A stretch of 64,000 bases of DNA, taken from positions 78,282-142,281 of the forward strand of contig SCUM01000001.1 in assembly GCA_004297215.1 (NCBI GenBank). Direction: 5' to 3'. The stretch is from Patescibacteria group bacterium (GTDB taxonomy: Bacteria; Patescibacteriota; Patescibacteriia; UBA9934; GWF2-40-263). Under the pieces are notes generated by a model, which searched no databases, was not told the DNA's origin, and saw only the letters and a list, made by a program, of their open reading frames with translations. Of the stretch, positions 20,845 through 32,420 are shown in pieces. Both the position numbers and the translations under genes were made by a program. Position 1 is the stretch's first letter. Each line of letters opens with the position of its first letter.

Positions 20845-22188
20845 ATGAACCTTCGACGCCGCCATGAGCGGGAGAAGGGGAAGGAGGTAGAGGTGTTTCC
20901 CATGCCCGGACATTCCAATAAAGGCACGCCGGCGGACCGGGCCTCGGCCCTCCGCACGATCCTCGCGTTCGCGAGGCCGGTAAAACGCGAGACGGATTTC
21001 GTCGAACAGGCCGCGAAGCGGCAGATGGCGTTCTCTCCCGACGGCCGCCACATGTGCAACGTGGTTTCCGCCGGGAACGGGACGGGGCTCCGGCGCCTGC
21101 TCCATTCCTCGTCCGTGCGCGGCCGCTCGTCGATGACCAGCGTCGACCGCTTCAAGGACGTGGGGATCCTGGACGTCCACGAGCACGGTGCCCGCATCTG
21201 GGCGATCACCGAACACGACTGGGTCGGCGTACTCGACTACGACGCGCTCTCCGGCCATGCGACGGCCGTCGCGGCGCTCGCCGAGTGCCTCTCCGTGATC
21301 CGCACGGACCGCGGCGTCGCGGTCTGCGGCTACCACCGCTGCCCGTCCATCGACGGGCACCCGCCCCATCCGATGGCCTGGCGCGTGATCCTGTCCTCGG
21401 GCAAGACGTACGACGTCAACCTCCGGACGGACGAGGAGACCGGCGCGGCGCTCAAGGCCGAGACCAGTTCCGGCCCGATGCCGGACGGGGGCGTGCGCGT
21501 CGCGCGCCATGACGAGGACGGGTGGGGACGGTTCGTCTTCACGCCCGAGGCGTCGCAACGCGTGGACCTGCAAGACGCGCCGGCCGTGCATTCCATCCCC
21601 CTCGGGGACGGTTTCGCGCAGTTCCTGGCGAAAGGCAGCCGCTACAGCATCCTGCTTGGCGACATGCGGATCGAGCGCGAGGGCGGTCTCGAGCATATCT
21701 GGGTGTCCCCGAACCGTTCATGGGCGCTCGTGCTCGAGGTCATTGGGAGCTCGAACGAGAGCGGCAAGGTGATCCGCCAGATGTCCCGCATCGACGCGGA
21801 CGGCTCCGTGCAGGCGTTCGGGGAAGCCGGGACGTTCTGCCTCGGCCACGACGCGGTGTCCTGGTCGCCGGACGGACGCCACGCGGCGTTACGCGTCACC
21901 GAGACGCTCGACGACGGGACGCGCGACGTGGTCCGCCTCTCCTCCGGGAGCGAGGCGGACCTGCCGCTCCCGCACGCGCGCGTGCGGGAATGCCTGGTCG
22001 ACGATGATGGGGAGCTCGAAGGCTGCACGATGGACGCCGACGGGAAGACCCGGGTGATGGTGCGCGGATACGCGTACGGACCGTACGCATATGCCGAAAA
22101 CCTGCATCGCGCCTCGGACGGACGCATCGCGTTCAACGCCATCAGCGTGGACAGGGACGCGGCCATCCTGGTGACGGTGGACGATTGA
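20845..22188 (+). CDS. Hypothetical protein with PD40/TolB-like WSPDG repeats
   Basis: Strong GC3 bias. Motifs AFSPDGRHMCNV and VSWSPDGRHAALRV resemble PD40 beta-propeller repeats. Start is uncertain: ATG 20845 is 7 nt after a TTGACA-17-TAGGGT promoter-like site, with alternatives GTG 20893 (RBS GGAGG) and ATG 20902. Confidence 0.5.
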   Translation: MNLRRRHEREKGKEVEVFPMPGHSNKGTPADRASALRTILAFARPVKRETDFVEQAAKRQMAFSPDGRHMCNVVSAGNGTGLRRLLHSSSVRGRSSMTSVDRFKDVGILDVHEHGARIWAITEHDWVGVLDYDALSGHATAVAALAECLSVIRTDRGVAVCGYHRCPSIDGHPPHPMAWRVILSSGKTYDVNLRTDEETGAALKAETSSGPMPDGGVRVARHDEDGWGRFVFTPEASQRVDLQDAPAVHSIPLGDGFAQFLAKGSRYSILLGDMRIEREGGLEHIWVSPNRSWALVLEVIGSSNESGKVIRQMSRIDADGSVQAFGEAGTFCLGHDAVSWSPDGRHAALRVTETLDDGTRDVVRLSSGSEADLPLPHARVRECLVDDDGELEGCTMDADGKTRVMVRGYAYGPYAYAENLHRASDGRIAFNAISVDRDAAILVTVDD

Positions 22189-22225
22189 CCGCAAGAGACC
22201 CTTTGTCGCTGATGCTTCTCAGGAT

Positions 22226-22258
22226 GCCCGTATCCTCTGCGGATACGGGCATTTTTCT
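22226..22258 (+). terminator. Rho-independent terminator
   Basis: gcccgtatcc-tctgc-ggatacgggc followed by tttttc. Confidence 0.7.
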
Positions 22259-22289
22259 TTGCAAAACCGGGGTTTTTCGGTAGGATGCC

Positions 22290-23660
22290 ATGCGTATGTT
22301 CGAGGGGATGAAACGGGTGCATTTCGTGGGAATCGGAGGGATCGGGGTGAGCGCGATCGCCAAGCTTTGCCTCTCCCGCGGCATCCGGGTGAGCGGGTCT
22401 GACGTGCATGCGTCCGCGATCACGGAAGACCTCGTCCGGCGCGGCGCGTCGGTCGTCACGGGGACCGGGACGCGACCGGCCCTGGACGGCGTCGACCTGT
22501 TCGTGTATTCGCCGGCGGTGCCGGAGACCGATCCCGAACGCGTCGAAGCGAAGCGTCGCGGCATCCGCCAGATGTCCTATCCCGAGGCGCTTGGGGAGTT
22601 GTCGCGGACCACGAAGACCGTCGTCGTGACGGGCACCAATGGAAAGAGCACCACCACGGCCATGCTCGGGCTTATCCTGGAGGCTGCCGGCATGGATCCC
22701 ACCGTGATCGTCGGATCCCTCGTGCCGGGATTCCCCGACGGCAACCTGCGGGTGGGCGCGCATGACCTTCTCGTCGTCGAGGGGTGCGAATCCCAGGCGA
22801 ACGTCCTCAACCTGTCGCCTGAAGCCGCCGTCCTCACGAACGTCGAGGAAGACCATTTGGATTATTACCGCGACATCGACCACATCCGAGACACGTTTCA
22901 AGCGTTCGTCGCCAAGGCGACCGGTCCCGTGGTGTGGAACGCCGATGACCCGCAAAGCCGGCGGCTGAAGTTGAAGGACGGGATGAGCTACGCCATGGAA
23001 GCGGAGGCCGACGTGAAAGGCGCGAACCGCCAGGTCGAGGCAGGGGAGCAGGCGGTCGAGGTGATGCGCCACGGCGTGAAGATCGGGTCGCTCACGCTTC
23101 GCGTGCCCGGCGCCTTCAACGTCATGAACGCGCTCGCGGCCACCACCATGGCGCTCGAGCTCGGCGTGCCGTTCGAGACGTGCCGCAAGGTCCTTGAGGG
23201 CTTCGCGGGCATCTGGCGGCGGTTCGAGCGCGTCGGTTCGTTCCACGGAGCAGAGGTCATTTCCGACTACGGCCACCACCCCACGGCGATTCGTGCCACC
23301 ATCGCGGCCGCGCGCGAGTTCTTCCCGGGCCGCCGCATCGTGCTGTGCTTCCAGCCGCACCAACATTCGAGGACGCTGGAATTGAAGGGCGATTTCATCG
23401 CCGCGCTGCCGGAGGCGGACGTCGTCGTGGTCCCGGAGATCTATGGCGTGTCCGGCCGTACCGGAGAGGAAGCGAAACGGATTTCCAGCCGCGACCTGGT
23501 GAACGGGATCAAGAAGGCGCATCCGGACCAGGACGTCCGCTACGCGAAGGACTTGGACGAGGCGCAAAGGACCCTCGGGGAAATCGTGAAGCGAGGGGAC
23601 GTCGTCATCATGCAGGGCGCCGGGGACGTGGACGACCTCGCCCGGCGTATCGCCCGCTGA
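22290..23660 (+). CDS. murC: UDP-N-acetylmuramate--L-alanine ligase
   Basis: [14 protein letters not shown]...[16 protein letters not shown]...DHLDYY. Mur ligase motifs. Confidence 0.9.
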   Translation: MRMFEGMKRVHFVGIGGIGVSAIAKLCLSRGIRVSGSDVHASAITEDLVRRGASVVTGTGTRPALDGVDLFVYSPAVPETDPERVEAKRRGIRQMSYPEALGELSRTTKTVVVTGTNGKSTTTAMLGLILEAAGMDPTVIVGSLVPGFPDGNLRVGAHDLLVVEGCESQANVLNLSPEAAVLTNVEEDHLDYYRDIDHIRDTFQAFVAKATGPVVWNADDPQSRRLKLKDGMSYAMEAEADVKGANRQVEAGEQAVEVMRHGVKIGSLTLRVPGAFNVMNALAATTMALELGVPFETCRKVLEGFAGIWRRFERVGSFHGAEVISDYGHHPTAIRATIAAAREFFPGRRIVLCFQPHQHSRTLELKGDFIAALPEADVVVVPEIYGVSGRTGEEAKRISSRDLVNGIKKAHPDQDVRYAKDLDEAQRTLGEIVKRGDVVIMQGAGDVDDLARRIAR

Positions 23661-23662
23661 GT

Positions 23663-24679
23663 ATGGACGACCTCACCCTCCAGCTCCAAGCCGTCTTCGG
23701 CGAAGCGCTCAAGGAGCATGAGCCGATGGCCAAGCACACGAATTTCCGCATCGGAGGGCCGGCGCGGTGGTTCGCGGCCGTGACGAGCGAGGGTGAGCTC
23801 ACGCGCGCGCTCGACCTGTGCGATGCGCGGGGGATTCCCTGGTTCGTGATGGGTGGTGGGTCGAATTCGCTGTTCGCGGACGAGGAGTTCCCGGGGCTGG
23901 TGATGCAGATGGCGATGCGCAAGACGGACATCGTCGGCACGCGCGTCACGGCCGAAGCGGGAGTCCTGATGGTCGGCCTTGCCAGGGCGACGGCGGACGC
24001 GGGCCTCGCCGGCCTCGAATGGGCCATTTCGCTCCCGGGAACCGTGGGAGGCGCCGTGCGCGGGAATGCCGGCTGCTTCGGCGGGGAGACCAAGGATCAC
24101 CTGGCGTCCGTCCGTCTCCTGCGCGGGAACAAGTTCATCGATGTTCCTGCCTCCGACTTGGACATGGGGTATCGTCACTCGGCCCTTAAGGGTTCCCATG
24201 ACATCGTCCTGTCCGCGACGTTCGAACTCACGCAGGGCGACGCCTCCGCGCTCAAGGCCGCGCAGGCGGACATCCTTGCCAAGCGGAAGGCGTCGCAGCC
24301 GCTGTATGCCGGCAGCGCCGGGTGCCTGTTCAAGAACGTGGAACTGAAGGCCGACGCGGACCTGCAACGAGCGTCGTCGCTTTCCGATATACCTGGTGCC
24401 AAAGAGATGCTGGCCAGCCGGCGGCTGTCCGCCGGCTGGCTCATCGACAAGGCCGGGATGAAAGGCACACGCGTGGGTGACGCGCAGGTTTCCGAGACGC
24501 ATGGCAATTTCATCGTGAACCTCGGCGCCGCGAGGGCGGCGGACGTCCGGGCGCTCGCGGCAAGAGTGAAGGAGGCCGTCCATGCCCGATTTGGCATCGA
24601 TCTGGAGGAGGAGGTACAGTGGGTTGGAGAGAAGGCGGACAAGGCCTCAGGCGGACAAGGCCTCAGGCGTTTTTCCTGA
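23663..24679 (+). CDS. murB: UDP-N-acetylenolpyruvoylglucosamine reductase
   Basis: FAD-binding [10 protein letters not shown]...[10 protein letters not shown] and the C-terminal MurB domain. Starts 3 nt after the murC stop. Its 3' end contains a 17-nt tandem duplication (ggcggacaaggcctcag x2). Confidence 0.9.
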   Translation: MDDLTLQLQAVFGEALKEHEPMAKHTNFRIGGPARWFAAVTSEGELTRALDLCDARGIPWFVMGGGSNSLFADEEFPGLVMQMAMRKTDIVGTRVTAEAGVLMVGLARATADAGLAGLEWAISLPGTVGGAVRGNAGCFGGETKDHLASVRLLRGNKFIDVPASDLDMGYRHSALKGSHDIVLSATFELTQGDASALKAAQADILAKRKASQPLYAGSAGCLFKNVELKADADLQRASSLSDIPGAKEMLASRRLSAGWLIDKAGMKGTRVGDAQVSETHGNFIVNLGAARAADVRALAARVKEAVHARFGIDLEEEVQWVGEKADKASGGQGLRRFS

Positions 24680-24714
24680 AGCCTTCTCGCCTCAAGCCTT
24701 AACGCCTAACATGT

Positions 24715-25059
24715 ATGAAACTCATTTCCATCAAGGGGACGCAGATCGAGCTCACCGATGCCATCAAGGATTACGTCAACGTCAAGCTCGAGGCGATCGA
24801 GAAGTTCACCACGGATTTCGGGGAGGCCGCGCAGATCAGCATCGAGTGCGGACGCACGAGCGGGCATCACAACAAGGGGAACGTGTACCGTTGCGAGATG
24901 AACCTCCAGGTGCCCGGGAAGCTGTTGCGCGCCGAGCGCGAGGCCGAGGACCTGTACGAGGCGATCGACTTCGTGAAAGACGAGCTCATCCGCCAGATCA
25001 AGGACCACAAGGGGATCCTCGCCGATGCGCATCGGGGATCGCGGCCCGACAAGGCGTAG
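24715..25059 (+). CDS. hpf: Ribosome hibernation promoting factor / RaiA (S30AE family)
   Basis: MKLISIKGTQIELTDAIKDYVNVKLEAIEKF matches the HPF/YfiA N-terminus. Short form, 114 aa. Immediately upstream of secA. Confidence 0.85.
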   Translation: MKLISIKGTQIELTDAIKDYVNVKLEAIEKFTTDFGEAAQISIECGRTSGHHNKGNVYRCEMNLQVPGKLLRAEREAEDLYEAIDFVKDELIRQIKDHKGILADAHRGSRPDKA

Positions 25060-25132
25060 GCGTGACGGCGGGGGAGACCCCGCCGTTGATTTTTGCCCCG
25101 TTTTCGGGCACACTCTGGCGGAACTTGATGCT

Positions 25133-27814
<2,682 letters not shown>

Positions 27815-27837
27815 GTCCTGTAGGACCGATAAGATCT

Positions 27838-28383
27838 ATGGAGGAATCGCTCATTCCCGCGCACGGCGGGTATCGTAAACTCAAATCGTTCCAGACGACG
27901 ACGATCGTCTATGACTTAACGGTCGATTTTTGCAAACGATTCGTGAAGGAGTATCGGATGAAAGATCAGATGGTCCAGGCGGCCCGTTCGGGACGGCAGA
28001 ACATCGCGGAGGGGTGCCAGGCATCCGGCACGTCCAAGAAAACCGAACTGAAACTGATTGGCGTGGCACGAGCGAGCCTTGAGGAGTTGTTGTTGGATTT
28101 CGAGGATTACTTGCGCCAGCACCAGCTGGCCCGATGGGAAAAGGATCACCCGAAGGCGTTGAGCGTCCGCGCGTACGGCTACGAAGACAATAGATCCTTT
28201 TCGACCTATAAGTCCTATGTGGAAACGGCTGAGAGCGCCGCGAACACCGCTATCTGCCTGATTCACCAGGCCAACTACCTGCTGGATCAGCAGCTTCGTG
28301 CGCTTGAAAAGCGGTTCATGGAAGAAGGCGGATTCACCGAACGGCTTTACAGGATGCGAAAGGAAAATCGTGACGGGACTTAA
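27838..28383 (+). CDS. Four-helix-bundle protein (TIGR02436; '23S rRNA intervening-sequence protein' family)
   Basis: YRKLKSFQ...VYDLTVDFCKRFV...IAEGCQASGTSKKTELKLIGVARASLEELLLDFEDYL. Preceded by palindrome ggtcctgtaggacc. Start of a lower-GC island. Confidence 0.6.
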   Translation: MEESLIPAHGGYRKLKSFQTTTIVYDLTVDFCKRFVKEYRMKDQMVQAARSGRQNIAEGCQASGTSKKTELKLIGVARASLEELLLDFEDYLRQHQLARWEKDHPKALSVRAYGYEDNRSFSTYKSYVETAESAANTAICLIHQANYLLDQQLRALEKRFMEEGGFTERLYRMRKENRDGT

Positions 28384-28427
28384 CGTCGCCTTGCCCAGAG
28401 CGGTTTTTCGTTGCAGGATGGGGAGAT

Positions 28428-28694
28428 ATGGCTGTCGTGCGAAAAAAAATTTTGCCGAAGTTTTTCGAAGCGGTTCTTTCTGGTAAGAAGAACTACGAGC
28501 TTCGGCTGAATGATTTCGACATTTCCGAAGGAGACACGCTGATTTTGGAGGAAATCAATGAAAAAACCCGCGAGCGGACTGGTCGTACGATCGAGAAGGT
28601 CGTCACGCGGGTCGGTCGGTTCAAGATCGATGAATTGTTTTGGCCAAGGGAAGAAATCCTGGAAAAGGGACTCCAGATCATTTCGTTCAATTGA
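28428..28694 (+). CDS. DUF3850/ASCH-like PUA-fold small protein
   Basis: KKNYELRLNDFDISEGDTLILEEINEKTRERTGRTIEKVV. The local GC is markedly lower than the genome background. Confidence 0.5.
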   Translation: MAVVRKKILPKFFEAVLSGKKNYELRLNDFDISEGDTLILEEINEKTRERTGRTIEKVVTRVGRFKIDELFWPREEILEKGLQIISFN

Positions 28695-28716
28695 TTACGC
28701 TTAAGTGTCTTAGGGT

Positions 28717-29259
28717 ATGTCTCGCGTCATCGTCGTCCATGGGTGGGGAGATTCGCCGGAAATCAACTGGATGCCTTGGTTGAAAGCTGAGCTCGAAAAA
28801 CGGAGCTTCAGCGTTCTTGTTCCCGAAATGCCTGACACCGAGCACCCGAATATCGACAAATGGGTCGGGAAACTTCGTGAGGTCGTCGGGGTATCCAGCG
28901 CGGACACGATCCTTGTTGGTCACAGCATCGGCTGTCAGACTATCATGCGGTATCTTGCGACATCCGACATGAAAGTCGGCCGCGTGGTTTTCGTGGCGCC
29001 ATGGTTCACATTGATAGGCCTTGAGGACGAGGAGGTGCTGGTGGCCAGGCCTTGGCTCAACACACCCATCGACTTCGAGGCGGTAAAGCGTTCGGCAGCG
29101 GAAATCGTTGCGATTTTTTCCGACGATGACCCCGTGGTGCCCATCGAGAACGAACGGATGTTCCATGAAAGCCTTGGCGCTCGAACGATTGTCGTACATG
29201 GCAAAGGACATTTCGACGACGCCGAAGCGCCCGAAGTCCTGGCCGAGATCGTTCGTTGA
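28717..29259 (+). CDS. Alpha/beta hydrolase, RBBP9/YdeN-like serine hydrolase (COG3545)
   Basis: VHGWGDSPEINWMPWL...ILVGHSIGC (GxSxG nucleophile)...DDPVVP...HGKGHF. Confidence 0.6.
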   Translation: MSRVIVVHGWGDSPEINWMPWLKAELEKRSFSVLVPEMPDTEHPNIDKWVGKLREVVGVSSADTILVGHSIGCQTIMRYLATSDMKVGRVVFVAPWFTLIGLEDEEVLVARPWLNTPIDFEAVKRSAAEIVAIFSDDDPVVPIENERMFHESLGARTIVVHGKGHFDDAEAPEVLAEIVR

Positions 29260-29268
29260 TTGTTGTGT

Positions 29269-29832
29269 ATGGACTGGCAAAAGGTCCTATCGGACTGGCA
29301 GCGGGAAGAGGAGGAAGCTTGGCGGCCGTTGTATACGGAGTGCGGGTTTGGATCGTGGCTCGAGTGGCGTAAGAGTTACATCGATGATCTGCAGCTCGAG
29401 CGACGGGTTTGGACGGAGACCGTCATAGAGAACCCGCACGATGTTGTCCCGGCTTACGCGATTGGCGGATACAAGGGATGGAAGCCGTACCGGCCGGCGG
29501 GGAAGGATGTCGCGACGTTTGCCGACGTGGCGGCGCCGGCGGCTCCGGGAGAGGTCGCCTTCGACGGAACGCCTCGCTTGGACGTACGGACCAACAGGAA
29601 AGTCGCTTCGCTCGTGGGAGCGCTCCATGATTTCCACATCATCGTGTTGCGTTGCGGGGATTTGAACGTCGTCCTCGAAGGGACGCACCGCTGTGCCGCG
29701 ACGGCGGTCGAAGCGGCCGACGGGAACCGATCGAGATTCAGGCTGACCGTCCGCACCGCCGCGTTTGACTCGAGCGAACGTGCGCTGCTCGAGGAGTTCT
29801 GTCGGGAGCGGGCCGCTGTCATTAAAAAATGA
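29269..29832 (+). CDS. Hypothetical protein
   Basis: ORF with coding-like GC3 bias and no recognisable domain. ATG at 29269; the ORF track begins at TTG 29260. Confidence 0.4.
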   Translation: MDWQKVLSDWQREEEEAWRPLYTECGFGSWLEWRKSYIDDLQLERRVWTETVIENPHDVVPAYAIGGYKGWKPYRPAGKDVATFADVAAPAAPGEVAFDGTPRLDVRTNRKVASLVGALHDFHIIVLRCGDLNVVLEGTHRCAATAVEAADGNRSRFRLTVRTAAFDSSERALLEEFCRERAAVIKK

Positions 29833-29883
29833 ACGTACGCTGCCCCTTGAATCGGACGGCGTTTCGTTGCAGAATGGAGCCCT

Positions 29884-30291
29884 ATGAAATCCGAGCATCT
29901 GATGGCGGACATCCCGTGCAAGGCGTTCGTCGAACGCGACGGGAAAATCCTGTTCGTCCAGGAAGCAGACGGTCCGTGGGCCCTGCCCGGAGGCCGCATC
30001 CATGTGGGCGAGATGCCGCGCGAGGCGTTGAAGAGGGAAATCCGGGAGGAGCTTGGCGTGGATATCGAGGTGGGCGATCCGTTCGACGTCACGGTGTTCA
30101 CGAGCAAGTCCGGGCTGGCGCATCTGGTGGTCGCGTTTCATGCGACAATCGCTGAGGGCCAGGAGCTCGTGGCGGACCCGAGTGAAGTCGCGGCCATCGA
30201 ATGGGTCGGGATCGAGGAGATTCTTACGAGGACCATGCACATCGGATCTCGCTCGATCATCGAACGGCTTGCGAAGCGGGGTACCCCTTGA
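29884..30291 (+). CDS. NUDIX hydrolase
   Basis: Nudix box GGRIHVGEMPREALKREIREELGV. RBS ggag. Confidence 0.8.
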   Translation: MKSEHLMADIPCKAFVERDGKILFVQEADGPWALPGGRIHVGEMPREALKREIREELGVDIEVGDPFDVTVFTSKSGLAHLVVAFHATIAEGQELVADPSEVAAIEWVGIEEILTRTMHIGSRSIIERLAKRGTP

Positions 30292-30332
30292 ACCTTCCGG
30301 CGATACGGGGCAGGATGGCAGTGGAGGTTGCC

Positions 30333-30644
30333 ATGAAGGAAATCCCGAAGCCGGGGACCGAACGGCTGAAGAAGGCGCTCATGGGGCACCCGGCCTTCAG
30401 CGATGTCGACCACGCGCGCCGGCCGGATTCGGTGGACGGGAGCGCATGGGAATGCGAAGCGAACGTGCTCGCGTTCTCCTACCGCGAGCGCCCGTACTTC
30501 GCCCATGTGGGCGACGAGGTCGTGCAGGTCACCCGCCCGGGCGGGTCCGGACGCGAGCGCATGGTCGGCCGGTTCGTCCGCACGGACGCGAGCGACCTCG
30601 CCCGCGCGCTCGCCGCGGCGATCGACGCGGCGGTGCACGAATGA
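30333..30644 (+). CDS. Hypothetical protein (103 aa)
   Basis: ATG preceded by GGAGG with a 5-nt spacer. GC3 bias present. No recognisable family. Confidence 0.4.
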   Translation: MKEIPKPGTERLKKALMGHPAFSDVDHARRPDSVDGSAWECEANVLAFSYRERPYFAHVGDEVVQVTRPGGSGRERMVGRFVRTDASDLARALAAAIDAAVHE

Positions 30645-30666
30645 ATCCATACGCAAGGAGGGACGC

Positions 30667-30960
30667 ATGCTGATCCTTGATTGTTCCGAGTGCCAGGCGA
30701 ACGCCTCCTGCGCGCTCGGGCAGAAGGCGCGCGCCGAGCCCTGTCCGGCGATCGAGCCGGGCCACTGCGGGCTCTCGATGCGGCACCAGTCGGTCGTTGC
30801 CAGGGAGCCGGGGCCGCAGATCTCCTTCGTGTGCGTGAAATGCGGCGCGCACGGGCTCGCCCGCACCACGCGCTCGCCCAGCGCCGAAAAGAAGGTCTCG
30901 TTCGCCGACCCGGTGCGCCCTACCGTCTCCGGCGGCGGGATCCCGGACACGCTCGAATGA
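30667..30960 (+). CDS. Cysteine-rich small protein (putative zinc ribbon)
   Basis: Strong RBS AAGGAGGG. CSECQANASC...CPAIEPGHC...CVKCGAHG. Confidence 0.45.
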   Translation: MLILDCSECQANASCALGQKARAEPCPAIEPGHCGLSMRHQSVVAREPGPQISFVCVKCGAHGLARTTRSPSAEKKVSFADPVRPTVSGGGIPDTLE

Positions 30961-31013
30961 CCTCGTACGCGCGCCTCGACCAGGGGCGCGTTTTTGTCTT
31001 ATGCTGTCCGGGT

Positions 31014-31217
31014 ATGACCGAACCGGGGAAGTACCGCCACTACAAGGGGAACGAGTACGAGGTAATCGGGCTCGCCAGGCATTCGGAAACGCTCGATAAT
31101 ATGGTCGTGTACCGTGCCTTGTACGGCTCCGGGGAGCTCTGGGTCCGCCCCAGGGCGATGTTTGAGGAGGAGGTCGAAGCGGGCGGCGTTCGCCAGCCGA
31201 GGTTCAAGCGGGTATGA
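31014..31217 (+). CDS. DUF1653-family small protein
   Basis: GKYRHYKGNEYEVIGLARHSETLDNMVVYRALYG. 67 aa. Confidence 0.6.
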   Translation: MTEPGKYRHYKGNEYEVIGLARHSETLDNMVVYRALYGSGELWVRPRAMFEEEVEAGGVRQPRFKRV

Positions 31218-31516
31218 GATACGACAAGCTGGTGCGCGACAAGATGCCGGAGCGCATCAGGGCGAAAGGGGAGGCATGCTCGTTTCATGTCGCGGACGAC
31301 GCGGAGTACTGGCAAAAGCTGAAGGCCAAGATGGCCGAGGAGATGGGCGAATTCGTGCGCGACGAGAGCGCGGACGAGGTGGCGGACATCCTGGAGGTGC
31401 TTGACGCCATCATCGCGTACAAGAAGTTCGACCGCGCCGAGATCGAGGCGATCAAGAAGCGAAAATTCGACGAGCGCGGCGGATTCGAGGGACGCATCAT
31501 CCTGGACGAGTCGTGA
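31214..31516 (+). CDS. MazG-like nucleotide pyrophosphohydrolase (phosphoribosyl-ATP pyrophosphohydrolase-like)
   Basis: MRYDKLVRDKMPERI...EEMGEFVRDESADEVADILEVLDAI...KKRKFDERGGF. ATGA overlap with the DUF1653 gene. Confidence 0.65.
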   Translation: MRYDKLVRDKMPERIRAKGEACSFHVADDAEYWQKLKAKMAEEMGEFVRDESADEVADILEVLDAIIAYKKFDRAEIEAIKKRKFDERGGFEGRIILDES

Positions 31517-31576
31517 GTTGACGGATCGTGCCAACGGCATCAAGCTGGCGGCACGTTCCTTTCATCGGGAGGCATC

Positions 31577-32197
31577 TTGGAACCGGATTACAAAGGACAG
31601 CTTTCGCTTCTCACGGGAGACGCGGATCCCACAGCGGCCATCCAGGCCGCCCGCACCGCGTTAGACAGGTTGTGCAAGGGATTCATGTCGTCCGAGTTGC
31701 GTGACGGGATGCTCCTGCGCGCGGCCGAGGAGGCCCGGCAGCAGCTCGTCGCGGTGCGTTCGGCCGGCGCGTATTGCGACCTGGCCGCGTTGATCGCCCC
31801 GTACGCGCGCCAGATCCTGGAGGTCGAGGAAGACCTGCATCTGCAGGAATACGTCGTCCTGCGCCTTCCCGCGGACCTGTTCGTGCAGGCCTTTCTCCAT
31901 GGCAAGGACGTGCGGGAAAAGTGGGAGCTCGCGTTCCTCATCGCGGGAGCGGAGCGCGTCCGAGACCTCATCAAGGACCTATGGGCCGCCGGCAACCTGG
32001 ATGACGCGGCGCTCCTGTACGCGTCGGCCTATTCGGAGGGACGTCGCGAGGACGCGCTCAGTAATTCGCGCGAAACGGCCTGCGACGATGTCCCGAAAGA
32101 CTTCCTCCGCGCGCTCATGGGTTACGACCGATGGCCGGATCCCAAGGCGGTAGCGGGCATCGACGAGTGGATCGCCGAGGAGATTGATCCGAAGTGA
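31577..32197 (+). CDS. Hypothetical protein (206 aa)
   Basis: TTG start with GGGAGG 5 nt upstream. Preceded by the duplicated leader module. No recognisable domain. Confidence 0.4.
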   Translation: MEPDYKGQLSLLTGDADPTAAIQAARTALDRLCKGFMSSELRDGMLLRAAEEARQQLVAVRSAGAYCDLAALIAPYARQILEVEEDLHLQEYVVLRLPADLFVQAFLHGKDVREKWELAFLIAGAERVRDLIKDLWAAGNLDDAALLYASAYSEGRREDALSNSRETACDDVPKDFLRALMGYDRWPDPKAVAGIDEWIAEEIDPK

Positions 32198-32420
32198 GGA
32201 TGATGGCGGACGACGCGACGGGGTGGCAGCGCCCCGTTTTTTAATCTTCCAGGAAACCCCGGGTGAGGGCATCAGCCAGAAACCTGGGGATGAATGGTGC
32301 CTTGCTCGAGATCGAAGCGGGCGGCGTTCGCCAGCCGAGGTTCAGGCGCCTATCATGAGTTGACAAGATGCGCCGCCGGCCACAAGCTGGCGGCGCGTTC
32401 TCTTTCCGAAGGGAGACCCA

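Noticed and set aside
24634-24667. 17-nt perfect tandem duplication (ggcggacaaggcctcag x2) at the 3' end of murB
   Set aside because: It lies inside the coding region, in frame overall (34 nt plus context gives [15 protein letters not shown]). Likely a simple slippage duplication extending the MurB C-terminus. Noted but not a separate feature.
30138-30950. 270-aa minus-strand ORF across the small-protein region
   Set aside because: It overlaps three plus-strand ORFs that each have good RBSs (GGAGG, AAGGAGGG) and coding GC3. The minus product has no domain and S/R/P-rich composition.
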